From contig FLMG01004137.1 in NCBI GenBank assembly GCA_900088475.1, positions 1 through 64,000 of the forward strand: a DNA stretch of 64,000 nucleotides. The letters run 5' to 3'. The DNA is from Hyphochytrium catenoides. Its lineage: Eukaryota; Protista; Hyphochytriomycota. The notes beneath the pieces were generated by a model that was given only the letters and a program-made list of their open reading frames with translations, was not told the origin of the DNA and searched no databases. Shown here piece after piece: positions 25,901 through 39,400 of this stretch. Numbering within the stretch: position 1 is the first letter of the stretch; each line of letters starts with the position of its first letter. Both the position numbers and the translations under genes were made by a program.

Positions 25901-26747
25901 GGAGGGCCTCCGGATCAAAGAGAGACGACATCTGTCCCCAAACCAGCAAGGGCCAATGACCAAAGATCCAGGGGCGCCTGCTTCACCCAAAGTCGACGGC
26001 GATTTAACAGGTCACAAGACGGATCCAGAGCCCTTGCTGCCCATGACTCGAAATGATCAAGAAACAGAACGGAGACGCAAAAAAACGATCCAATCTGTTA
26101 CTACCTGTGCACGCCGAGCCACAAGAAGGTAAGGCTGACACCTGAATATATTCTAACACAATTTGCCCGCATGTTGAGCACTTTCTAGCTCAGCAGCACA
26201 GGTACAGGATGGGATACCTGAAAATCACCCTAATCCCGTACGAAAAGAAGTACCGAAGTCCGCTAGGTTCGAGGGTTCATCAAAGGCTGGCAGACCCCAG
26301 AGTGTTGAAAGGCGAGAAAAGGCGGTAAGGCAAAATCTCAACCTTGACGAGTACCGAATGACACTTCATGATGACTTCAAGGAGAAAAAGAAAGGAAGCA
26401 TCGCCTCACCTAACAAAAGGAAACCAAGAAGGCAAACTGAAGGCGGGCAAGAGGTCAGTCTTATGCGTGCTGGCTGACAAACCCCTTTCTGACTGAGTTC
26501 TTCTTAGCAGATAAAGTACGCTGCGAAGAGACCCGTTGCCGGGACAACGCCACGGCCCCGCATTCGTACTTTGAGAAAGAAAATTCCAGCCCCATTGGCT
26601 ACCTCTTCCCAAACCAACAAAGGTCCCCTCGGGCACAGGTCTAAGGCCAAACCTGAACCCCATCTTGCTGCTACAACGTTAAAGGAACCAAAACAGAGCC
26701 AGCTGAGGGCCTTCGACTGGTTGGAGGATGACACCTTCCAATTCTAG
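22906..26747 (+). CDS. Uncharacterised multi-exon long coiled-coil protein with a basic low-complexity tail
   Basis: Spliceable heptad-rich exons (TLHDLNCQLCEAKLQLEAV, DAINALIEDIRASQQIL, LNLIRASLDEVEHV, LQQEMELL). Lys/Pro/Ser-rich 3' exons end in AFDWLEDDTFQF*. Exon chain only partly verified. Confidence 0.65.
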
Positions 26748-26855
26748 AGGCTACAACCTATCTGCCACAGCCTCCTAGTATGTACCTAAGAAAGGATTTG
26801 TCTCTCAGCCCGTAGCTCTGCATCTCGTGAAAGCCTTCCGCTTGTCTGCTTATGC

Positions 26856-27466
26856 TTAATGGTCTCCCGCATTGTCGAGCTGCTCCAGCTCCGCCTTGAG
26901 TTGCTCCATCTTCAACCCTTGAGCTCGCTTCACCGCCTCTCTCTGTTCGTCAGGAAGGCGGGAGAGGAGGTCCTCGAAATCCGCCAAGACCCCTTGAGTT
27001 ATCTCTCTCGCAGCTGCGGCCTCTTCATTGAAGTAGGTTGTTCCTGCACTCTCTAGGGCGTACTCAATCTCATCCCTCGCTTCAGCAAACTTACAGGAGA
27101 TGGCCATGCCTCAGTCCCTGGTTATGTATACCAGAGGTTTCAATGTTCAACATTCTGTCTCACCTTCTCGTTGATGTCGTCTAACCGACGGCGCAAATCA
27201 TCCTCGTGGGTTATCTGTGAGAAGCGCCTGTACTGTTGGGAGCACGGTGCCACCCGTGGTGCCCTAGAACTTCTAGAGGGTGCCAGTCAGTCACTGAAGA
27301 GTCTGAAGAGTGATAAGAGCTCTCACGTGTCAGTCATTGGCCTCCAAATGAATCCGGCTCTCCTGAGCTCTCCGCCAGTAAATGTTAGAACAGATCGCTG
27401 GCCAAGGTTGCAGGTGTGCCTTTGAGCTGCCCGGCCGAGCATGCGAGTGACATGAGAGCTAGCCAT
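26856..27466 (-). CDS. Small conserved helical protein (plant 'embryogenesis-like' family), likely mitochondrial
   Basis: Three exons. An Arg/Ser-rich N-terminus resembling a presequence precedes DINEKFAEARDEIE...TTYFNEEA...GLKMEQLKAEL. Confidence 0.8.
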
Positions 27467-28117
27467 GCTTTGTTTTCACCGCCCAGATCCCTGACACAGC
27501 GTTTTGAAGTTCACTTCACGAGCTGCGGACTCCTGGGAGCCTGGTTTACTTCTCACAGCCTTCGCGATTCGCAGCCGCGAAGCTCCACAACATAGATGAT
27601 GAAAGTGATGATAACCTAAAGGTGTGAAGCCGACTTCGACAGGAGGAGATGATCGGGATTGCGAACTCTGCCAACAAAGAAGAGGTAACCGAGTAATAAT
27701 AGTATTGGTCTATTGGCGCGATGATAGGTTCTACAGTAGATAAAGTATGCGCTTTTTGTCAGAAACTAGTTCTACTGTACTGCGAACCACACCATGTCTG
27801 CTTCTGAATTCTGACAGGCCACAAACGACTCTCCCCTGCCAGTGTTGGTCTCTCATCTTGCTTGCTTGCAACCCGACGATAATATCTTAGCGCTCGCTCA
27901 AGCACTCTTCCGAACCTCGGGTCGCATCTCCTCGTTCTAGGTACCTCGTGCTGAAAGGATCACTTCGGTATGGAGCAGTGTTGGGCAGGAGCATGCTCAC
28001 ATAAGAGGCTAGTATCGTTGCTTTAGAGGGAAGCCACGACCTCGCACGTTGAAAATGGCCCCCAGCCGAGGAGCTATAAGCGGACCAGGAAGGTTCTCTA
28101 CATCCAGTTCGAAGATC

Positions 28118-31100
28118 ATGGATGATATGCGTCTCTTCCTCTTACAATGCCGCCAGCGGATATCGTCAGCAGATGTCCTGGACCTCTCAGTTGTTAAGCA
28201 AGAGCTCCTTCATATCTTGGGGTTATTCACTTCAGAAGCCTCAACAGAAGATTACCTCTTGACAAGTGTCAGCGCAGTACGTCTACGAAGAATGATCACC
28301 GGTTTACAACGAGCACTAACTTATAGGTGCATTCGTTGCAGGATGAAAGAGCTACGATCTTTTTTGACGAGTTCTACTTGGACTTTGCAGACGAGCTTCT
28401 TTCTGACATTATCCCTAAGTGGGCACCTTGCTGCCAGGAGCAAGACAAAAGGAAGGTGTTTGATCCTTTCTTTGATGTCTCCTTTGTCCCTGCTGCTTCC
28501 CTTTTGCTAGCTCTAGATCGAGCGGTGGACTCCTTGGCAGGTGAGCTAGAGAATCTGCTATTCGCTTTCCACTGTCTGACTTGCAGGACTCACCATCTTT
28601 CAGAACTTGCGGAAACAACCGTGGTCGACGTAGCAGCTCTTGTCACGTGCTACCTTGAGGGGTTCATAGAGAGTGGAGGGGTCACCATGCTCCTGTTCCA
28701 GATGCTGGCCAAGTGTCAACAATTACAGGTGCTACGCTTCGCAACTAACGCTGCTGGAGTTAACAAGCTGACTCTTCAACTGTCAGGATGCTAGAGAAGC
28801 TGTGGGCTACGAAGTTCTAACAGAAGAGTTGGTCACGGTTATCGGGTCTTTACCAAGTAATTCTGCTGCCCTTACATTAACTAGCTAGGGAAAGGTAGCT
28901 GACTTCCTTACGCAGGCAGACTGGCTAACCAGTTGAAGAGGAAGTGTCCTGCCTCGCTGCTTCCGGAACGTTATTTCAAGTCAGTGGAGACCCAGCTTTT
29001 AAAGTATGCGGAAAACGATAGATTCAATGAACATAGAGGCAGTAGAGAGAAGGCCTTGGACACTTCCCTCCATCCTCAGCACTTTCCGTCCGCACTTCTG
29101 GTGAAGCTTCTTCGCATTGGTGAGGGCAAGGTCTTTTTGAACGAAATTCTCCGAGGTTTTGCATGCGAGGGGCCGCAGACTCACTTAGAGGTCTGCCGGC
29201 TAATGCTTCAGGTTGGACTTTCTTTTCATTTTGAAAAGCGCCTTCAATCTTCTAAGCTTCATTCGTACATGACGCAGGGAGTACCAGATGAGAGTCTAGA
29301 ATTACTCATTCGCTCAGTCTTATGCTGTAAGAGTTTGCCACATGCCAAGCCCCAAGTAGTCTCTCAGATACTCGGCTATCGCGTGGACACCTCGCGCACG
29401 TTGCAGCATATACTCTGTCATAAGTGTTTGCAACAGCGGCAAGTGACGGAAGCAGCTGTTCCAGCTCTTGTGGAAGTCCTCTATTCGGCAAGGGCATGCC
29501 TTCTTTCTGCTTACGAACTTCCCTTCTCGGATGGGAAACTTCTAAAGTACGCCCTTGCGAAAGCTGTGGCCATCTGGAGCGGTGCTGGATTCTCTTCTGC
29601 CACAGACTATGGGACTCAACGGGTATGGTGTACCTTCATAACAAGAAGCCTGGACTATTGCACTAGAGAAGATGTTGAAAAATCAGATATCTTGTCGTGT
29701 CTCCTCAAGGGTGTACAGGTAAAGAGTCGGAGGAGGACAAGGTTTTTGTAACGCTATGGAGGGGTTGACATTCCTCTAGCTGTTTGTCTGTCTCCCTTCA
29801 CGTTTACGCTGCACTACCCATGAGTTAAATGTCCTGAAGAGTACACTGCTACCCCTGTGTGTTCGTAAGACTTGACAGGCACTTACGGAGGACTTGAGGT
29901 GTAATATATTATCGTTGTAGGAATACTTAGGGCAAGCAAGCCCTAGAATAAGGTGTTTGGGGATGGTCGTCGCCGAGAGCTTTTCAAAGCTCATTGATCC
30001 TGAGAACCCGCTTGTATTTGAAGAGCTGTCAGCACAAAGGGCATTGGAGCGTGAAGAGGCCGCCGCTCGGCTTCCAGAAACAGCACATGAAGAGCAAGTG
30101 GTTGAACCCAAGAGGGAAAGCAAGAACCAGATGACAAGAGCACCTCCGGAACCGTACATGCAAGATCGCGTGCAAGAGTTGGATCCGGACGAAGTTGTAT
30201 ACAGTGATGAGGACAAGAACCGCTCAGGTAGTGGTCACTCTTAGCCTCTTTCTCCTCTTTCTCAGGTATTAGTCACTCTTAGCCTCTTTCTCCTCCTCTT
30301 TCTCATTCTTGGTCGTATCATATCGTCACAAGCGCTGAAGATCCTGGTTGCCTTGCTCTATAATGTTACACAGAAGACGGACTAGACTTGAAGGACTCAT
30401 CTGACGAAGATGATAGCTTAGAGGCCTACAATTTGGTGAGATAAGTTTTGACTTCTGTCAAGGGCAATCATAAAGGATCCTTTCTGACCCTGTTGGACTA
30501 AATCTCTTCTTTGACAGGAGGATGATGAGTCGGATCTCTCGCCGGTGCCCAGGCCCGTTCATATAAGCCAGTGTTTAGAATGTAGGAACTGCTTACCCAT
30601 CCAAGGGCCATAATATTTTTTCTGGCTTTTTCTGCTCCTTGCTCATGGCGACGTGTTCACAGATCTTAGGGCACAAGGAGACGATGTTGCTGATCGGGTG
30701 GAGGCTGGGCTGAATAGTATTACGTGTACCTTGCGTAATGAGCCTGATGATCTTAATGAATTGGCTATCGAGGTTGCAGGTGACTACCTCTTCCCTCAGA
30801 ATCTCAAGCCCTTTCCTTGAGTGATGGGTGTGCCCTCCGTTCATGGTTATCCTCCTTTATTTACACCCACCATGCCCCATCCTGATTGGAACCTCGCTCC
30901 GTCAGGGCACGAATTACATCTTTCCCTAGCTTTGCCGCCTTATTTGGCCATTACAGGGTACCAGTGTCCATTCTTAACTCACACGCACCTTCCACCCTTA
31001 AGCTGCGTTATTAGGCCTAGAGGACCGATATAGCACCGAGAACTTTGTTGAGAAGCGCTATGAAGCCCTGACAGTTCTGTGCTCCCTGGCGCCACTTAAT

Positions 31101-32554
31101 ACTATCAAATATTTGGTGAATCAATTCAGGAAACAGCCACAAACTATCCAGGTAGACGAGAGCCTCACCCTACGATCGCTACGCTACCGCTCCTCCTGCA
31201 ATTTGCCTATTTGAACGGGTGAAAGCTCAGTGTCGGTCTCTTTTTTTGCCCAGGAGCGATTGGCCGTTGCTGTCTCTTTAAAGACGTTTTTCAACCTTTC
31301 TTTGGTCATGTGATGATTCACAAAGCATATTTTATCATACCTTTCATTGCCTCAGTCATTCTTTGGTCGTGGTTATTGACTACTGTGGGTTGGAAATGTA
31401 TGACTGACGTCATAATAGGTGCAACTTGATGTCTTGGAAGTGATGCGACGAGCAGCAGAACTTCTCTCGAATGGGATCCAGGAGCCATCTGATCGCGCCC
31501 CTACCCTCATCATAGAGCAGCGCCAACGCAAGCAGATAGACCAGCATGTCGGAGGAAGAGAGGTACGTCAATAGCAGTAGGGAAACGGTGCCAGCTTCAC
31601 AACAACATGGACTATGTGGGTTGTAGCTGGGGGTGGTGAGCTGCGCGCACACTACCTTTCTAAACACTCTACTGCTGGAGTCTCTATAACCCCAGACCCT
31701 ATGCTTAGCTTGCTCAAGAGACTTCACAAAAGGGACAACGAACAAGGCGCTGGGGTTATCGAAGGGATGCTGAACATGAGAGTCGGCGGAACAAGTTCGC
31801 TGTGTTCTCAGGTGACGGTCTTTGCTCTGTCCTCGCTTCTAACACATGTTAATATTGATGTCTAACCAACTCCACTAGGGCTATTCTTTTTCCCACTCAT
31901 GGTAGGTTTTGTTCCAGTTCGTCTCAAAGGAGAGATATCTGGCTCACACACTTCGTCCCATTCTGGTAGGGTGGATATGGAGACCCAACTAAGAAGGAGG
32001 ACCCCTTTGGCTTGGGTCATATCGTGTTGTCTCGGCTAATATATACCCTCGCGAGCTTCATAGAATTGGCAGGAAATGCCGCGACCGCCAGGCCGATGTT
32101 AAAGGCTCTGATGCAGATTATCGTAGTGGTAGGGGAGGATATTCTTTTTGCGTCTTCGTTGATGAAGTTCTTTGACCTATGTTACTGGGCCGGCGTCTGC
32201 GTTCTCAGTCTACTTGTATCTCTAGCTACTCCTAGTAGTGACTATTGTTATCTATGACTGTTTTCCCACCTACACTTTTGCAGGTCCAGTCGCTTCTAAT
32301 CGCCTTTTACTCTTCAGGTGCGAATGCATCCTAGTCCGTCTGTGCGGCAGAGTGTACTCTTCGCTTTCTCGCGTCTCGTGCTGGTGTTCCCCCAATTCAT
32401 GCTTCTGGAGGATGTCGTAGAGGAGCTTATCATCCTCTCCTCTTGGCTTCAGCAAGTTTCTATCGCTGACGGAGATGAGCTTTGCAAACGACAAGCGCAG
32501 GGCTTGCAATCTCTGGGTTGGTTGCAGCCTGGGGCTCTTCTGTTGCAGCGATAA
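28118..32554 (+). CDS. TELO2: Telomere length regulation protein TEL2 (TTT complex)
   Basis: RCLGMVVAESFS, ELDPDE, DSSDEDDSLEAYNL|EDDESDLSPVPRPVHISQCL, LSRLIYTLASF, HPSPSVRQSVLFA, WLQQVSIADGDELC. Confidence 0.88.
30223..30304 (+). repeat. 38-bp tandem duplication spanning a 5' splice site in TELO2
   Basis: CTCAGGTA...GTCACTCTTAGCCTCTTTCTCCTC occurs twice, with GT at 30228 and 30266. Confidence 0.9.
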
Positions 32555-32601
32555 AGTACGGCGAACGTCAACTCGCACACAACCCTTCGTGCCAGAAACT
32601 G

Positions 32602-34946
32602 TCACAGCTCTTTCTTCTGGCTCTTTACAGCGGTTTCCGTGCTAATACGGTAGCTCTCCAGCCTTCGAAGTCCATCCTGCACCTGCTCATATACTGTGCG
32701 CAAAAAGATGGCTGTGGCCACCTAAATGAGGGAGCAGGCTTAGTTAGACCGTCTGGAACAAAAGTCGGAGCTCTAGAGTACCTTTGAGGACTCGCCATCC
32801 TTGTGGGTTCTGTTAGCATCGGCCGTTTGCATTGAAGGGTAAGCGATGGGGCTGCCAATGAAGTAATGCACCTTTCTCCTTCTTAACGCAGTGATGGCAC
32901 AGACGGGCATGTGTCCTATGCTGTCTTCAGACTCAACACTACCGTTTGGCTTCTCTCCCGTGTGCGGGGTTTCCTTTTCTCCTTTGCTGGACTCCTGTCG
33001 CGGACTAGAGGGAGCAGACTCCCTTTGCCCAGGGGCCGTGGAAGGAGTCAACAGAGATTTTGGAGCTGGAGAAGGAGCTTGAACAAGTGGTGCAGATGGT
33101 ATTGCCACCTTTCGAGGTAACTCAGTCCAAAGAAACTGCGGCAAGGGTAGACGGAAGACCACACGACATCCCTCGTTGATCCCTAATGTCGAGACTGGAA
33201 TGATCTTGTAGCCGTACTGAACAAAACCGGAATGAAGGGAAATATGAAAGTGCTTATTAGAGGCCCTTAAGGCGGTTAAGAACATCAGCAGCAGGGAGAA
33301 GATCACCTTCTCAGCTAACAGAAGTACTGCTGTAGCTTCCTCATTTATCCAGTTCTCTTGACTTCGCTCCTCGTCCTTAAGCCACATTTCTCTAAGTCCT
33401 CCCGGGAAGTAGACCATATCGTGTCCAGCCTAAGCGGAATGTGGCAGGCACCATCTACCTTAGAAGTATCCGACAAGGCTGTACATCAAAGCCTTACCTT
33501 CATCACCAGCTCGATATCACGAAGCTCCGTCTGGACAGCGCCTAAGCCGTGTAGGAGCTCATTCAGAAAGGGTACACGAAAGAACATTGTATCAATGATG
33601 GGCCTGAGAAAGACACCAGTCGCTTGATATATGCCCTGCGTAAGGTGATTTGGACGTATCGCATGTTAGGGCCATCTGTAGGACTACGTCTGGACATTGT
33701 GGGCCAAGCATCAAAAGCCAGAAGATATTGCTTCATCATCAGGGCCTGCACTCTGTACCCTCTTCTATGTGCGTGTCCATACCTGTACCAGGACAGGTGT
33801 GCCCAATCCTAAGGCGCTAGTGTTGCCTACTAGTAGGAGCCGATGTTTTGTGGTCCTCTCTAAAGTGCGCGGAATATTCCTGAGCCCTACGAACAGTGGA
33901 GGGAAGAGGGCTCGAAATATGCAGACGATCAACCGCGACAACAGGACGGAAGGAGGCGAAAATGCCACCAGTTCTCTAAGTCTAGCGGTCCTCAAAACTA
34001 TGATAAGGGGATCTGCGGTGATGAACGTTAGTGTTCCTAAGCGGAATGGAAGACGGATAGGGTTCAGGAAATGCGTAGTGCTTAGGAATGAGCCGAGGAG
34101 AAATATACTCCTAAGAGCGGAGAGAAAGGGGGAGCAGGCAGAGGTGGGAACAAGTATCTGAAGGGCAAAGGGGGAGCAGGCAGAGGGACTCACGAGCATC
34201 TCCTCTGACTAAATCGTAAACGTTGGCGATGACGAGAGAAGTGAGGAGATACATGCACCCGACAGCTACAACCGTAGAGCGGGGAAGGAGGAGGTCGGAC
34301 TCCTCTACAACGAAAATGGTATACAAAAGGCAGGAGGAGACTATCTGCATAGGCAGAGAGGAGTGCCGCAGGCAGCAATGGAAGGGTGAGTGCCAGTAGA
34401 TTGGAGAGAACGGACAAGGGGCGGACAGCGGTGACGGAGGGGAAGGGAGCAGAATGATAAGAAAACAAAGACGAGGAGAAACGAAACTATCAGGAGCACT
34501 CCTCAACGCCTCGAGAGCCATAAAAGTAGTGGAGTGGTAAGGCGTTATATTTTGAGTGACGGGCAAAGAAGACACTTAGAGAGCTTACCAACTGCTGGAA
34601 GGGCAGAGCCATTACGTACAAACGTATCAAGAGAGAAGAGCCAAGCCACATCGCAAACGCCTCAAAGACGTGACGGAATGCTACCCTTGGGGCCAGCAGG
34701 GGAGAGATCATAATGAGCTGGCAACGAGAAAATAGGAGCGTAAGTTGGAATGATGCTCAGAGGACATTATCACCAGGAACGATTAGAAGCAGACCGTCCT
34801 AGCAAAGTCTATGCAGCTAACACCTTGAAAGTTCATACGCATGCTAGACAATATATGAGACTGAGGCGACATGAGAGCTTCTCCTTCAACTCAATAGTGA
34901 AGGCAAAGATTAACAAAGAAGTTGGCGACGTGAGCCCCTGAGACAT
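32602..34946 (-). CDS. Multi-TM acyltransferase-like protein (PlsC/DGAT2-like fold, ELT/TMEM68 type) with non-canonical catalytic motif
   Basis: Hydrophobic N-terminal exons, then VGLRNIP...LLLVGNTSALGLG, GVFLRPI...FFRVPF...LGAV, YFPGGLRE, YGYKIIPVSTLG, HYFIGSPI. The last exon ends SQKKEL* (KKxx ER signal). Start is approximate. Confidence 0.75.
34125..34186. repeat. Intronic duplication (period 42)
   Basis: AAAGGGGGAGCAGGCAGAGG occurs at 34125 and 34167. Confidence 0.85.
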
Positions 34947-36425
34947 GATGCCGTGTCGAAGAAAGTTGAAAGAAGTAAACGCAAAGGAGTCAACGTTACA
35001 TCCTTAACTTACCTGCTGCATAAGCGCTAAATAAATATACATTTGTAGGACTGCCTCCTTGATATTCACAGCGTAATATAGAGAGTCCACGTAACCAATA
35101 ACTTGATCGTAGAACTCCCTTACTGTCCAGGTGACGGCGGCCAGAACAATGATTAGCTGCAAACAGACAAGTCAATGATCACTTCGAGTGAAAGCACCTT
35201 GATTGAAGAGAAACGAAAGGGAGGCAGCCAGGGAATCGGCGCACAATGTAAGCAAGAGACTGCTAATCATGAACCTTCTTCGCCTTACCGGGAGGAGAAA
35301 GAAGCGAAGGATGGGCTGCGAGGAGCTGAAGCTAGCCTGGCGGACCAGAGGACGGCGCTTACGCTTCTCACTTCCAACCGATCCATTGCTTTCTTCACCA
35401 TCTTTCTCTGGAGCCGCCAGGGACGCCGTCGGGTCTAGGCTATCAAGATACCGCTCATACTGTTCGCCAAGCCCTCTATCTTCAGTGCTATTGCCCTCAC
35501 TTTCCGCAGACTGAGCTCGTCCGGGGCCGAACTGGTTCCTTTGTGAGAAGATCGAGTAAGCATGTGAAGGCGGCTTCCTATTAGGGGATGCGCTGATACC
35601 TCAGATAGAATGCTCCCGTGGCAGCCACCACGGCCACGATTCCCCACCGCCGACGGACTACTTGGGGCACCAGACGACCAAGACTCCGAGTCGCAAGGCG
35701 GGTGCCCTCAATAACCCTAGCCGTGGCCATATTCTACCTAAGCCCCTAAAGAACAGCAGCTGGTACCTAACCGGGCATGGGAAGAAAATACGAGGGCATG
35801 GCCGTGAATCACTATCTACGGCCTGAGACAGCACATCGCCCTCAAATAGTTCCAAAGAGGCATTGTCAAGTTGGCCAACGAGACATTAGCCCGTACACAT
35901 GAAACACTAGAGCTCCCAATACGATCCTTATTACAGCCAGCAGTACTAGAGCTAAGTTCGTTGAGCTTGATCGATGTGAAGATCTGCCAGATCTACAGAT
36001 AGATGCCCAGGATGCAGTAGAGGCGCCAGCAGTAGCGTAAGTTACAGAGTTTCGCAGACAATTCTCAATTATTACAAGGAACGAAGCACAGAGCTCACGC
36101 CAAACTCCCCGGCGTGAGATCAATTCTGAAGATCCATTCTTTCAGTTATCACCAAGCCCTCCGTTGCGGCGTCGCCGCACTTCCTAGGATTTCTACCTTA
36201 TAGTTCTAATAATAAGGCTCAAATGATGTAACCCTAAGTAAGAAAAAATAAGCAGCATGTCCGTTCATTCTCATTTCGAAAGTCACTTCTTGGCAGCTCC
36301 TAGAGTCATTGATTGATTGACTTGGTCTTCCTCTCTATCCTGAGCGCCGGAGCGAAGCTTAGATTATTCTCTCGAAAGGCGATGGCATGCCGACACTTCT
36401 GGAGGGCCAATAGCGACGACACCGC

Positions 36426-39400
36426 TTATAGTTCTAGCCTGTCGAAGAGGAGGCGAATCGACGCCATGTAGGCAGCCCTCGGCCAAGGGGACCCGTCTAT
36501 AGGAATATGAAGCGGTATAAGGCCTGCAAGCCACTCGTTGACAAATCTTGCGGTAGATAGACATCCATCGGCCGATGCGGTAGCCTCTGCTCAGCTCCAA
36601 AATGGTCTGCTGGCTAGAGAATCTTTGCTATCTTCCTTGACGCGAATTTGGGTCTGGATTGGCAGCAGGATGCCTATCACTGTCCAAGTATCACTACTTC
36701 TTTCCTGTGCTTCATTTTCCCCTCACCTAGACTGTCGAGGGCTCCTGCTCTTCTTTAATATTGCCTTCCGGGTCGTCCTTATAACGGTCATTTAAGACGC
36801 TGTTCCAAAGGTGATGGCGGATTAGATCCTCTCCTCCCTCATGATAGATATGCTCCGCGTCCTTACGAGAGAACAGATGGTCACTGCTGGCTTGTCTAAG
36901 GGGTGAATCACCCTTTCGTCTATGAATCTGCTGGAGAGTGGATATTGAGGCGCCTGAGGCGGATGTCTGCTGAGGCGGAACCAGCATGAGAGTGACAGTA
37001 TTAAGTGCCCGTGACTGAGGACGAGTACCACTTTTCTTCTGGTTTCGCAGCGCCACCTTACGTAGAGATGCAGCAATGTAAGAACAAAGACTAATATAAT
37101 CAAGCTTGGAGTTTCATGGAGAAGAGCTTCTAACCTGAAGCTTTCTGGCTGTGTCCTCTGCCCGCAGCAGGATTTGTGAGAGAGAATTTCGCAGTGTTGA
37201 AATATTGCTCTCCAGGACCTCTACGTCCTACCATTGAAAGACCAGGAGGGGAGAATAAAGCACAGAAAAGTGAGTTGGTGGATAAAAAGGAAATGGAAGC
37301 TTAGATCCTACCATACTATAGAGCTTCTTGCTAGCAGCCATTAGCTCCGTTATCAGTGCTTCAGAAGAGTTCAGGAGCTCCTGAAGCTCCGGTATAGGCG
37401 CCCTATTGCCACCGTGGTCCTCTGCAGCAAGAGTGGGCTGTCAGATGGGCAAAAAGCCATGCGAAGACGGATCACATAACGCTGTCGGATGATGCGGACA
37501 AAGCAGGAAAGATTTGGAAGTGTTCCCTTACCTAAGAAGGCGTAGAGCTGCTCACAGAAGGAACTGATCTGCTCAATGGCAAAGGATAACCTTGTTCCTA
37601 GATTGAGGACTTCATCTTGCAGTGAAGCTGCCAGGCCCGCTTTCTTTTCACTATTGCTGTCAGTGTTTGGGGTTTCATTGGCTTGGGTCCTCAGTCGGTT
37701 TGCCATGCCAGGCCCACGCTAAATGGAGTGTTGTCAGTCCATTTGTGAGTACTATCATATGACTTCTCCCCCCTTCCAATGCGGAGTGATTCTCCTCTAC
37801 CCACACACCCGTCTGCTCTCGGCACAGAGAGGAACATCCTTTGGCCTTCATAAATTTGATGTTTTGCCCTCATTGCTTTCTCTTCACTCCTGTAATGGTC
37901 TGACTAAAGCGACTGTGGCAGGCAGAGCTTTGTCTTACCTTTGACTTTCTCAATGCAAGAGCAGAGGGCGGTCGATGCTCAGCACCCTTGCCTACAACCT
38001 CGCTGCAACTTTCAGGACTCTTCGCTGTTATGTCTCCCTTAGAGGCCAAGGTGGAGGTTGTCCTGTCTAGCTTTTTTAACGAGCTTTCCACCAGCGATGA
38101 ACTTCTCTGAGAACGCTTGACTTCCAGGTCTCTCAAGAGCTCCACTTCATGCCTATCCTCCCATTGCATAAGGTAACCTAGGAGCTTCAAGCTGTAAAAA
38201 GCTCGCTGTCGCTCAAGGCTCTTTGTTATGCCGTATTGTTCGTAGAGAGACCTCTAAAAAAACGTCATCAGCCGTTGTGTGTAAGGATCATTCAAGACGC
38301 AGATAGCACTCGAATGGACATGAGAAGACAGGATTCGGGGGCGAAGATGTAGAAGAAGAGCGAAGGACACCGAGCCAAATAGATGTAGTAGATGCAGATC
38401 TAGACATCTTCGAACTGACATCGCTGACGGCGTCTAATTGTGAGCTGGTGAGGCTTAACTTCAGAAATGGCCCAGTGTCCACATTGCACCGCCGGAGATA
38501 AGTGCAGAAATCAATCGTGCTCCAATTCTTGATGAGGCGCTGGCGGAGCCCTATGAGGAACGTTAGGCGACTCTAAGTCTGCGAATCAAAAGGTACTGAC
38601 CTTTGGTGAGGTCCGCTGAGAGGATGGCCTATATTTTACAAAGTAGAGTATGGAATCAGCTGGGCTTCTAATATAGAAAGGAACGAATGGAGGAGAGGTC
38701 TTCGAAGAATGCACGATGACGAAAGGAACTGCCTGCTTCCAATTACCTTTTTGACTACCTTAACTAACGTTCTAGCCTCTGCATAAGAGCAATGCACCTC
38801 CGCCCGTAATTCCACAGCCGTACGCACGGCCTCCTCAGACTCGTATGGGAGAATGAAACCCGTTGATAGCACCTAGTGGCAGAATGCACAGCAGATAAAG
38901 GGTTAAGTGTGAAGGCGCAAAGTGCCCAACATTCGAGAGAAAGAGAAGCTAATTAAGCAGACGTCACCTCTGGGTAAGGTATAAGCTGATCCTGCTCACT
39001 CTTCCTTATCAGTCCACTTTCTCCGTCCATACTAACGCCAGCGGTCTCATAGGGCGAAAATTCGAGCACTCTGCAGTCGTTCGTTCGGCAGCTCACTCTG
39101 TCCTTCATGCAAAGTGCACAGACGCTTGCCAGACAGTCACAGCACCAATAGGAGGCCACATTCTGGCCACAGCTAAGTGCAAAAATTGACCACGCGAAAA
39201 GAGGGGGCGAACTCGGTTTTAGTTGCGAAGCGGAACCTCCACAGTCAAATGCAGCATTGAAAGACGTACACAGAGCAGAAAGAGGAGTTTTCATTGAGCG
39301 CAGAGTGGGACAACAGCATCGGCGCTGTTTCTCTGCCTCCTTGCTCCATTCCGTCTACCGCCGCTCCTCTCTCGTTCGTCTCGTCATCCTTGACCATTCT

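Noticed and set aside
31310-31410. GTGATGA...CTGA in a TELO2 intron, suggesting a C/D snoRNA
   Set aside because: The CTGA is the branch-point ACTGAC, and there is no terminal stem or recognisable guide sequence.
35150-36200. Possible small gene or degraded coding region
   Set aside because: I could not build a consistent spliced frame or recognise a domain.
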